Positions 13,840-22,130 of a DNA stretch of 36,450 nt are shown in pieces. A model generated the notes under the pieces. It saw only the letters and a program-made list of their open reading frames with translations, was not told where the DNA came from and made no database searches. Both the position numbers and the translations under genes were made by a program. The stretch is taken from IMG/VR virus record IMGVR_UViG_3300017613_000412; one strand, written 5' to 3'. Position 1 is the first letter of the stretch. Each line of letters begins with the position of its first letter. The stretch comes from a virus.

Positions 13840-14423
13840 AATATCTTGGTTATGTATTTTATCTTAAAACGAAAAGTGTATCTCTCGTTAGTTGTACCTA
13901 TATGCAACTCAACAAAGAAACGCCAAAAGAATCTTTTAGCATAACTGTAACGCCAATACAAAGTGTTATCTGTGTAATACGTTACCCACATCTTACCAAA
14001 GATACTGTATTTTTTACTCAAATAAGCACCTTTATTATCTTTGTACTCACCAAATAAATTAACATATTTCAATACTGCCATTTGGTAAATATCTTGCTCA
14101 ACACCGTTTTTAGATAAGTAACCTTTTGATGTTCTGCGTTCTCTTAAACCTATTTTAGGTTTTAACGATGCTTGTAGATTCCAAGCAGGATTACGTAAAG
14201 CACACCATTTGTAAGAAGTCCAGAAGTTACGTTTTTTATCACCTAACCACCAATCAACGCCGTACAAACCATCCTCGTCATCGTGATAAAGCCAAAGTAT
14301 CTTATCTCTAAAAACAGGTATATCTCTTGTTAAATAAGCAATAGGAAACATAAATTTAGCAGTAACCCAACCTAATAGATTTACTAACATTACTAAAAAC
14401 CATCTTAAAACGCTCCAAATCAT
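13836..14423 (-). CDS. N-terminally membrane-anchored Trp-rich protein of unknown function
   Basis: The ATG at 14423 forms ATGA with the endolysin stop (the track start at 14444 is GTG). Motifs WLYHDDEDGLYGVDWW and CALRNPAWNL. Confidence 0.5.
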   Translation of the reverse strand: MIWSVLRWFLVMLVNLLGWVTAKFMFPIAYLTRDIPVFRDKILWLYHDDEDGLYGVDWWLGDKKRNFWTSYKWCALRNPAWNLQASLKPKIGLRERRTSKGYLSKNGVEQDIYQMAVLKYVNLFGEYKDNKGAYLSKKYSIFGKMWVTYYTDNTLYWRYSYAKRFFWRFFVELHIGTTNERYTFRFKIKYITKIL

Positions 14424-14845
14424 ATAAATCGTATAAATTTCCACTTACTATCAGAACCACTTTCATACAGTTCTCTTTGTCCTGTTTTGGTTCTTTTGTA
14501 ATCACAATGAATGAATGAATTATAAACTGCTATTCTTGTATAGTCTGTTTGCTTAATTATTAAATCTAAAAAGTCATTTTTAAATAGTGCGAAATATTGA
14601 CACGTCCAATCAACCGCACCCTTACCTTTGAAAACGTGTTGACTTTTTCCGCTTCTGCCATGTGAACGCTCCCAACTTACAGAACGATAACCGCTTTTTT
14701 GACTTGCCCATATAGCCTTACTAAATATATCTCTTACCCTTTGCATTGGTAATATATGCCATTTAAGAATCTTATCAGCAACAGTTTCCGGAATAGACTT
14801 GCCACTAATATTAAAATCAGATATGTTAAAGTTGAGAGTAACCAT
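14420..14845 (-). CDS. Endolysin, peptidase M15 (D-Ala-D-Ala / L-Ala-D-Glu peptidase-like)
   Basis: SGYRSVSWERSHGRSGKSQHVFKGKGAVDW...FIHCDY fits the M15 Zn-ligand pattern (H...D...H). Confidence 0.65.
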   Translation of the reverse strand: MVTLNFNISDFNISGKSIPETVADKILKWHILPMQRVRDIFSKAIWASQKSGYRSVSWERSHGRSGKSQHVFKGKGAVDWTCQYFALFKNDFLDLIIKQTDYTRIAVYNSFIHCDYKRTKTGQRELYESGSDSKWKFIRFI

Positions 14846-14849
14846 CGTT

Positions 14850-14948
14850 TTATTCTATTTCTATTTTAACGTGAATAGGAAAATTATCATCTAATGGATT
14901 ATCTATATCCTCAATTTCTATACTTATATGAATTGGGAAATCATTCAT
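14850..14948 (-). CDS. Possible 32-aa peptide with an internal repeat
   Basis: MNDFPIHISIEIEDIDNPLDDNFPIHVKIEIE. The ATG overlaps the stop of the lyase gene (ATGAATGA). Confidence 0.2.
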   Translation of the reverse strand: MNDFPIHISIEIEDIDNPLDDNFPIHVKIEIE

Positions 14949-17511
14949 CGACTTGATTTAAAAATTCCTCTAACCACGTGTAATCGTTTGGACCTATATC
15001 GTTGTGACTATCTCCAGGACTCATATTAGCGTCAAACCAAACTTCAGGTATATGTGAACTTTTTTCTTCTTTATAATATCCTGCTGGTCTTTTATTAATT
15101 GCCGTTGTACTTACACTTGCCCAAAATGTACTCCAGTGGTCTGTTGTATGAAAATTATGTCCACCACTTGAAGCAGTATAACTAACTCCTGTTCCTGCCA
15201 CTATCCCATCTACATAAACAGTATCTAAAGCATCATGTCCTACTGTTACGCTACCATCAGCATTTAGTGAGGCATTTGCACCACAATCGTCATCTAAAGC
15301 AGCTATTAAAACATCAGCTTCTATTATTGAAGGTGTATTAACTAAATCGGAATGAGGTGTAGCTTTCTTTAAATCAGTAAATGCAGTTGGGCTTATCGGT
15401 TGGTAAATTCCTTTTTTACCGTTTTCTTCTGTCCAATCAAGGTAACTACTCCAGCCATCACCTCTATCTTGAAATAAACATAACTGATTAGTATAAGGCT
15501 GAACCTCATCAATATTTCCAGCATAATCCCAAGGATCATCTGTTTTAGATAATAAAATTGTACCCTCTTTATCAAGTATATTACCAGTTGTGTAAATTTC
15601 TTGGGCTGATTCCGCTACTAATTGCATACCAACATTAGCAATACCATCCGCAACAGAACTTAACGCTCCCATAGTATAGTAGTTACTAATATGATTTATT
15701 TTATTAGTTCCCTCAACTACTGATAATCTATTTTTCCAATTAAATACAACATTATTAATTATATCCTGTCTGTCATCAGAATTTGCGTTTGGGTGTCTGT
15801 GAGGTACGTTATAATGCATATTTCTTAAATAAGACATTCTGTAATTTATAGAAGTGTTATTACTATCCCCAAAAATAGAGCCTGTTTTACCTTCTGCTAT
15901 TAAACAATTCTGAATAGTTATATCTTCCGAAGTACCTCTAAATGTAACAATCTCATCTCCACCCCAAGAAAAAGAGCAATGGTCTAATATAACATTACTG
16001 CAATTTAAAAAGTCTAAAGCATCATCTCCACCCCAACTACTATCGGGTAAATTATGTCTGAATTTTACATATCTTATAATTATATTACTTCCTGATGTTT
16101 GGATTAATGGACTTACAATAGTAATACCACCTTCAGGAGCGGTTTGACCTGCTATTGTTACATCAGAAGGAATACTGATTGTTCCATTTGAAAGTAATAT
16201 TTCAATAGTACCTGAAACATCAAAAACAATAATTCTTGCACCTGTGTAATCTTCTATCGCCTCTCTAAATGAACCTGTTCCACCATCTACCAAAGTATCA
16301 ACATGAATAACTTGCCCACCTCTGCCACCTGTGGCATTAGAGCCACCACCATTTGCTGTTGGAAATGCTTTAACATCACTAACCTCGTAAGGGATGCAAG
16401 TCACCACGCAAGTATCTGTAAAACTGCCGTCTGTTGTAGTAAAAGTTATCGTTGCCGTTCCGCTATCTGCCAATCCAGAACATAAACCATTAGAATCAAC
16501 GGTTACATTTGCCTCTGTATCACTAGACCATGTACCGCTTTTATCAGAGGCATCTGACGGTGAAACTACTTTTGTAAGTTGTAATGTTCTAGTGTTTTCT
16601 AAATCACTCGTAGCTGGTGAAACTGAAACACTTGTTACCGAAACACCTGCTGGAGTTTCAGCCTCAACTAGAATTTCATTTGATTGTGGAAAAACAGGTG
16701 GTACTGCATTTATATATCGACATTCTAATTTAAAAGTGTGATCCTCTTCAACATCTAAACCTGATATGGTTCTGGTGAAACCACTATATGAATCTCTGTC
16801 ATTCTGATCGACATCATCTATAAATGTATCATACCCACCAATAGGAGTTAAAGCGTATGTCGGCAAAGAGAAATTTAAAACATAATTAGCACCATTAAGA
16901 ACCGCTGAATCTAATACAGGTGCTAATTGTGTAAGTACTGAAACCTCGCAAGTATCTGTGTAAGAACCATCATTTGTTGTATAAGTGATCGTTACTCCAC
17001 CGTAAGCTACACTTGTAACTAATCCGTTAGAATCGACGGTTGCTATATCTGTATCATCAGAACTCCAAACACCTGTCTGATCGACTGCATTTGAAGGTAT
17101 TATATCTTTTGTTAGTTGAGTTGTTTCTCCTAAAGTTAAATCATAAGTAGAAGGTGTAACTGTAACACCTGTTACTGGTATAGGTGGATTTTCAACCGTT
17201 ACATCACAAGAATCATTAAACCCTCTATCATTCGCTGTAAAAGTTATTGTAACTAAACCATCTAAAATACCTGTTACTAATCCATTTTGGTCAACGGTTG
17301 CTTTATCAGTATCACTACTAGACCAAACGCCTGTCTGGTTTGTAGCGTTGTCTGGTATAATTGTTGCAGTTAATTGTGTTGTGCTTCCTTCATCTACACT
17401 TACCGTTGCTGGAGTTACTACAACTTCTGTTATCGGTATAGTTGGATCGTTTCCTTCTTCAATGGTTGTTTCACCTGTTGATCTGATTGTTATGTTTATA
17501 TATTTTCCCAT
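14941..17511 (-). CDS. Virion-associated polysaccharide lyase: three Big_2 Ig-like repeats, an FN3-like spacer, and a PL1 pectate-lyase catalytic domain
   Basis: Three Big_2-like units (VTPxT...TxQLTxxIxPxxAxxQxGxWSSxDTxxATVDxNGLVT). Catalytic region TGGRGGQVIHVDTLVDGGTGSFREAI...IVFDVSGTI...TIAGQTAPEGGITI...IIRYVKFR...LDHCSFSWGGDE. Confidence 0.75.
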   Translation of the reverse strand: MGKYINITIRSTGETTIEEGNDPTIPITEVVVTPATVSVDEGSTTQLTATIIPDNATNQTGVWSSSDTDKATVDQNGLVTGILDGLVTITFTANDRGFNDSCDVTVENPPIPVTGVTVTPSTYDLTLGETTQLTKDIIPSNAVDQTGVWSSDDTDIATVDSNGLVTSVAYGGVTITYTTNDGSYTDTCEVSVLTQLAPVLDSAVLNGANYVLNFSLPTYALTPIGGYDTFIDDVDQNDRDSYSGFTRTISGLDVEEDHTFKLECRYINAVPPVFPQSNEILVEAETPAGVSVTSVSVSPATSDLENTRTLQLTKVVSPSDASDKSGTWSSDTEANVTVDSNGLCSGLADSGTATITFTTTDGSFTDTCVVTCIPYEVSDVKAFPTANGGGSNATGGRGGQVIHVDTLVDGGTGSFREAIEDYTGARIIVFDVSGTIEILLSNGTISIPSDVTIAGQTAPEGGITIVSPLIQTSGSNIIIRYVKFRHNLPDSSWGGDDALDFLNCSNVILDHCSFSWGGDEIVTFRGTSEDITIQNCLIAEGKTGSIFGDSNNTSINYRMSYLRNMHYNVPHRHPNANSDDRQDIINNVVFNWKNRLSVVEGTNKINHISNYYTMGALSSVADGIANVGMQLVAESAQEIYTTGNILDKEGTILLSKTDDPWDYAGNIDEVQPYTNQLCLFQDRGDGWSSYLDWTEENGKKGIYQPISPTAFTDLKKATPHSDLVNTPSIIEADVLIAALDDDCGANASLNADGSVTVGHDALDTVYVDGIVAGTGVSYTASSGGHNFHTTDHWSTFWASVSTTAINKRPAGYYKEEKSSHIPEVWFDANMSPGDSHNDIGPNDYTWLEEFLNQVDE

Positions 17512-17514
17512 TTT

Positions 17515-18594
17515 CTAATTATCTACTACATAAGCATCCATTGCTCCGATTGCTTTAGTTCCGTTTGAGTTTGATGTAACTTGTATCTTTATTATTCCTG
17601 CTCCCGAAAAACTTTTAGGTAATTCGTATGTATGCTTCCATGGATTATTAGCCTCTACAAGTAAAAAATTTTCTTTGTTTGTCCATGCGGTATTATCAAC
17701 AACATTTGTCGCTGGGTCTGGCATCCATAATATTTCACCGTCTGCTCTCTGTGATGAACCTGTACCTTTTACAATTTCAGCTAAAAACTGTTTGACTTGT
17801 AATGATTGTGTGCTTGGTATTCCGTAAATCATCATTTGGGTTTGATTTTGACCTGTAAGAATAGCTGCTGTTATTGTGCTATCTGTGTCTGCTGTTGCTG
17901 TTATATCATCTTCATTAACACCACTTGAACCCCAAGTAACAGCTTTCATTCTATGGATTATTACATAATTATTGGCAGTAGCAACATTTGACGTACCATT
18001 CATTGTAATAGTTTCGTTTACTTCTGCTGTATCCCAATCCGTTAAACCGTAAACTTTAATAGTTCTCGCTCCCGTTCCTGCACTTGTGTCGTTAGTACTC
18101 GTTGATGTTATTTGATGTGTTCTAGCTTGTGTCGGTGGTGACCATATATCAGTAGAAAGTGAGCCGTTTGCACCATCCCAAATATCTGTTTTAACCCCAC
18201 TATCACAATCTATAGCTTCACCGAATTTATTAACTTTTGAATAACCCGAAACAGAACCCTCTGCAACGGCTAAATCGAAAGGTTTTTGTGTTGTACTCAT
18301 ATTATTTATTATTATCCAATTTGTTCCATCTGATACTATCGAAATACTATCATTCTGATTTAAAGTTACATTTAACTCACCATCTATCGTTTCACTTAAA
18401 GCTCCCTCTATTGTTAAAGTTCCCGTTCCGGTACTTTTAAAAGTGTATTGAACAGGATAAACATCAGCTGCTGATTCTAATGTATAAGTGCGATCCGTTG
18501 CCGATGTGTATAATAAAGCTCCATCGTGTTTTGAAACTTTATAATTCGCATCAGGTGGCTCTTTAAATACTAATACATTAGTTGTATTTCCCAT
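17515..18594 (-). CDS. Putative tail fibre or receptor-binding structural protein
   Basis: Lies among tail-fibre genes and is Thr/Ser/Gly-rich. No named family recognised. Confidence 0.4.
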   Translation of the reverse strand: MGNTTNVLVFKEPPDANYKVSKHDGALLYTSATDRTYTLESAADVYPVQYTFKSTGTGTLTIEGALSETIDGELNVTLNQNDSISIVSDGTNWIIINNMSTTQKPFDLAVAEGSVSGYSKVNKFGEAIDCDSGVKTDIWDGANGSLSTDIWSPPTQARTHQITSTSTNDTSAGTGARTIKVYGLTDWDTAEVNETITMNGTSNVATANNYVIIHRMKAVTWGSSGVNEDDITATADTDSTITAAILTGQNQTQMMIYGIPSTQSLQVKQFLAEIVKGTGSSQRADGEILWMPDPATNVVDNTAWTNKENFLLVEANNPWKHTYELPKSFSGAGIIKIQVTSNSNGTKAIGAMDAYVVDN

Positions 18595-18857
18595 TAGCCT
18601 ACTACTGCTGAAAGTGCTGTTGCTATTGTCGCTTCTGTTGTATAGGAACTTCCATCTAACTCAAAATCTGCATAAGTTATACCAACTTCATTTTCATTCC
18701 ACGCAAGAGTGGAATTTGGTTCTGCGTTGTTTTTTAACCATACTTTTGCACCGTCAAATCTAAACGATACCCATGATGCGTTCCAATAGTGGTCTGCCAC
18801 CGTTCCTACTTTATTAACCCATAAAACGTTGTCTGTTATTACACAATCTACTGCCAT
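18594..18857 (-). CDS. Hypothetical structural-module protein (87 aa)
   Basis: ATG ORF abutting the fibre gene. Confidence 0.45.
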   Translation of the reverse strand: MAVDCVITDNVLWVNKVGTVADHYWNASWVSFRFDGAKVWLKNNAEPNSTLAWNENEVGITYADFELDGSSYTTEATIATALSAVVG

Positions 18858-18874
18858 TTTTATTTATTTTTATA

Positions 18875-19180
18875 TTAATATTTATTTTCAAAGATACTAA
18901 TAGTTGTACTAACAACTAAAGCACTTCCTGTTCCATAAGCTATATCTGCCCAACTAAAACCTGTTTTTGGCTTATCTAAAAACTCTTTTCCTACACTTAA
19001 CAATCCTACTACACCAACACTAAAAGCTATGCTTTCCACTTTATTTAACTCTAAATGTTCTCTTGCTATTGCAAAAGTAGCACCACCTACTAAACCACCA
19101 CCTAAAGCGTGTAGTTGCTTGTCTTGTTCAATTAATTGAGCGTTAAGTAACAAAGGAAATAAAAGAATTAATAGTTTCAT
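18875..19180 (-). CDS. Secreted or membrane protein embedded in the tail-fibre region (moron candidate)
   Basis: Signal peptide MKLLILLFPLLLNAQ, then Gly-rich hydrophobic segments (GGGLVGGATFAI, FSVGVVGLLSVG). Confidence 0.5.
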   Translation of the reverse strand: MKLLILLFPLLLNAQLIEQDKQLHALGGGLVGGATFAIAREHLELNKVESIAFSVGVVGLLSVGKEFLDKPKTGFSWADIAYGTGSALVVSTTISIFENKY

Positions 19181-19578
19181 AATACCTCTTTTATACTTAC
19201 GTTATCAATAACCATATTAGTTGCGTTGGAGTAAAACTCAAAATGAGCGGAAGTTCCTGTTGCTACTAAAACCTCACTTTGAGAACCTACAGTATCATGT
19301 GCATCACCTGTACCAAAAGCACCATAGCTATTCATTTTTATCCAATTTGCATCAACGGAAACTATATCGAAAGTTAGTAAATAAGATTTGCCTATCTCAA
19401 AAGTGCCACTAATTTGTTGTGTTAATTTACCACCTGCCGATGCATGAGTAGCAACACCACCGCTTATTGTCCAATCTGTTCCTTTTGTCCAATCTGAATC
19501 TGTATCAAATCCACCATTTGTAACTAACTCATCCCCGTAAGGACTTTTTTCACCACTCATTAATAATATTTTTTTCAT
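19177..19578 (-). CDS. Carbohydrate-binding-module-like tail-fibre accessory protein
   Basis: ELVTNGGFDTDSDWTKGTDWTISGG resembles the N-terminal strand pattern of CBM4/9-type jelly rolls. Confidence 0.4.
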   Translation of the reverse strand: MKKILLMSGEKSPYGDELVTNGGFDTDSDWTKGTDWTISGGVATHASAGGKLTQQISGTFEIGKSYLLTFDIVSVDANWIKMNSYGAFGTGDAHDTVGSQSEVLVATGTSAHFEFYSNATNMVIDNVSIKEVL

Positions 19579-19579
19579 C

Positions 19580-21631
19580 TTAATTACCTGTTAAAGTTCT
19601 CATTTCAAACCAATCTGTATTTAATACATTTGCACTTCCTGTTGTTAGTCGTTTCCAACCTCTTATAATATATGCAGGACTTCCTGTTTCACTTGGATTA
19701 CTATTTATCACCTCATCACCTAAAACCCACGAACCGCTGGAAGGCATTGTTGCACTCGCTGTTACCATTGTTTTTAGATTACTATTAGTTTCACCACCTA
19801 AATACAAACCGCCATTAGATATAAGTTCATTACCTACTACTCCATAGGCTTGTCTAGGTTCATCACTATCATCTGTTTTTAAATGTCCTCTAGCATAACC
19901 TTTATAAACACCTGCCTCGTATAATGTAACAGTTCCTGTACCATTTTTAATAGGGTAAATAGTAAAACGCCATCTATCCTGACTTCCACTTCCTGTTGCT
20001 TTTGCTCCTATCATAGCTAAAACCCATACATTAGCAGGTAGATAAATATCTTTTTGCCAAAGTGTTCTTGTAGCCGAGCCTGTCCATTGTCGCATTTCTA
20101 ATTTTGAAGTAATAGCGGTTGTTGAATGCATCCAAACTCTACCTGTATATTGATTATTTCTTAAAATATTACCTAAAGCATAATTAGGTGTTTCAAACAT
20201 TATATCACCATTTGATGACGTACTTGTTATATCTGAACCGCCACCGTTAGGACTATAATTACCATCTGGATCGGTTAACCCTGTATTAGCTGCAATCGTG
20301 CAATCTGTTGCTGTCCATTGACTAAAATCATTAGAATAGCCTATTAAGTTAGTTCCACCTACTCCACCTAAATTCGTGCTTTCGTTTACACTTGGCATAT
20401 CCCTGCGAATACCACCTAAATTATAATCTATTACATCAACATATCCTAAACCTGCAACATGACTACCACCATGTAAATTTCCTGTGTTTTGTGAGTTTGT
20501 ACTATGATAATCTGTAAACACGTTGGCTCGACAATCGCTATCTACCTCAACAGTTCCTGTACCTGCTATATATTTTAAATCAAAACCATTTTCTGAACTA
20601 CCTATGCTATTTGTGTTTGCTGTTAATTCAATATGCAAACCGCTATTTGTTTCTATAACTCCATCAAAATAATTATTAACCGCTGCTTCATATTTTAAAC
20701 CTGCAGCACAATGAATCTCCATCTGTTTAAATTGGTTCATTAAAACTCTTGATGCTCCTGTAGTTAATTCGTCACTAGCCTCAATAGCTAGTCCTAGCCG
20801 ATTGATCCTAATATTTTTAAATGTATTGTAGTTTGTTCCATCATTAATACCATCCGCAACTGATAATAATTTAATTCCAGTATTGTTAGAATCGTTACCA
20901 CTGCCATTACCTGCTATTTCCATATCCTGAAAATCAGCAAATTTAGTTCTGGTAAAACTAAAAGCACAAGCATCTGTTGTGTCCTGTCTTACAATCCAAT
21001 TACCACCATGTATTTTAGGATAATTACATAACTGAAAATCAAACCCCTCACCATCAATATCAAAAAGTATAGTAGCTCCATGAGCCATTATATTAATACC
21101 GTTTAAAGATGTAAATACATAACTCGATGATATTAAAAATACATAGCCACTTGGAAATAAAACTGTTTTCTGTGCTTTTAAAGCTGCATTGTTTCCATCA
21201 TCATCTGCACCACTTGAAAACTCATCTAAAGCTAAAGCAATATCAGCTGTATCATCCGTTACACCATCGCCTATTGCTCCATAATCTAAAACATTAATAT
21301 AACGGTTTAATCCTGTTGTATCAATAGGTATTTCAATTAAATTAAATACAGTTTGCGTATCTGTAACCGCTATAAATGACAGTGTGCTTGTTAAATCAAC
21401 TACTAAAACACCGTTGTTTGTATATGTTCCAGAATCTTCGCAAATGTAGATACCATCTTCTGTTACTACTGCATCGGCTGCTGCTACACTACCAATAAAA
21501 CCACTTACTAAAGCCTTTTGAAAATTAGCCTTTGTTATTTTATAAGAGTTAGAACCTTGTGCAACGTGAATATAAGCCGTTTCAAGTGCTGTTGTTATTG
21601 CATTTTTCTGTGATAATTTTTTTCTTGACAT
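19580..21631 (-). CDS. Tailspike with a right-handed beta-helix (pectate_lyase_3-like) domain
   Basis: INVLDYGAIGDGVTDDTADIALAL is the hallmark N-terminal motif of this beta-helix family. Large Gly/Asn/Thr-rich body. Confidence 0.65.
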   Translation of the reverse strand: MSRKKLSQKNAITTALETAYIHVAQGSNSYKITKANFQKALVSGFIGSVAAADAVVTEDGIYICEDSGTYTNNGVLVVDLTSTLSFIAVTDTQTVFNLIEIPIDTTGLNRYINVLDYGAIGDGVTDDTADIALALDEFSSGADDDGNNAALKAQKTVLFPSGYVFLISSSYVFTSLNGINIMAHGATILFDIDGEGFDFQLCNYPKIHGGNWIVRQDTTDACAFSFTRTKFADFQDMEIAGNGSGNDSNNTGIKLLSVADGINDGTNYNTFKNIRINRLGLAIEASDELTTGASRVLMNQFKQMEIHCAAGLKYEAAVNNYFDGVIETNSGLHIELTANTNSIGSSENGFDLKYIAGTGTVEVDSDCRANVFTDYHSTNSQNTGNLHGGSHVAGLGYVDVIDYNLGGIRRDMPSVNESTNLGGVGGTNLIGYSNDFSQWTATDCTIAANTGLTDPDGNYSPNGGGSDITSTSSNGDIMFETPNYALGNILRNNQYTGRVWMHSTTAITSKLEMRQWTGSATRTLWQKDIYLPANVWVLAMIGAKATGSGSQDRWRFTIYPIKNGTGTVTLYEAGVYKGYARGHLKTDDSDEPRQAYGVVGNELISNGGLYLGGETNSNLKTMVTASATMPSSGSWVLGDEVINSNPSETGSPAYIIRGWKRLTTGSANVLNTDWFEMRTLTGN

Positions 21632-21634
21632 CTT

Positions 21635-22111
21635 TTAATCTTCAAATATATATGTATCTCCTTCTTCATACTGATACGTTGTATCTGCAATATCTACTAT
21701 TGTAGGTTCGCCGTAACCCTCTATCGTTCCATCAAACGTTAAATAATCGCCTTGTGGTGCATTTTCTGATAAATTTACAATATAACCTTCTCCGGTTTGT
21801 TCAAACACCCCATCTACTTTTATCTTCCAGTCAATCCTGGTTCTTGCTCTTTTTAAAACCCTTAAAGTGTCTAAACTATACCTCGTCGGTGTTGTTTCAT
21901 CCGTAATAATCTGCACTCCCGTAAAGTTAATATTAAAACTTTGATTTTGTGGTCGTGACGTTTTCCACCCCTCATTGTCGGAAGTTGTAGTTTCGAGCAT
22001 ATCGACAGTTTCTGAAAAACCGTTGTCCTGTAAACACGCAATAGGACAATCGACGCCACCAACTACTAGATAAAGTATCTGTTCTTCTCCTTTATAAAAC
22101 GTTTCTGCCAT
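21635..22111 (-). CDS. Tail-tube-like paralog (baseplate or tube-related)
   Basis: Aligns by eye with the major tail protein at 26614..27054: GxExILY, PxxCL, SExVD, SFxIxFxG, LRxLK...WKI. Confidence 0.5.
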   Translation of the reverse strand: MAETFYKGEEQILYLVVGGVDCPIACLQDNGFSETVDMLETTTSDNEGWKTSRPQNQSFNINFTGVQIITDETTPTRYSLDTLRVLKRARTRIDWKIKVDGVFEQTGEGYIVNLSENAPQGDYLTFDGTIEGYGEPTIVDIADTTYQYEEGDTYIFED

Positions 22112-22114
22112 GTT

Positions 22115-22130
22115 GTAAAGTTAATAAATA
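22115..22130 (-). promoter_or_regulatory. Recurrent motif gtaaagttaataaata (minus-strand TATTTATTAACTTTAC)
   Basis: Shares a 15-mer with 29451.. and 33969... It fills the 19-nt intergenic gap before the ATG at 22111. Confidence 0.3.

Noticed and set aside
15393-15575. Minus-strand nested ORFs in alternative frames (15393..15575 inside the lyase gene; 21871..22062 inside the tube-like gene)
   Set aside because: They are fully embedded out of frame in confidently assigned genes, with no independent evidence. Only the 12208 overlap was kept, because there both partners have signal/TM features and an ATG.
14941-17511. The repeated Big_2 units as a diversity-generating retroelement target or a recent DNA duplication
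   Set aside because: No reverse transcriptase or template repeat is present, and the three units are diverged at the DNA level (protein-level similarity only).
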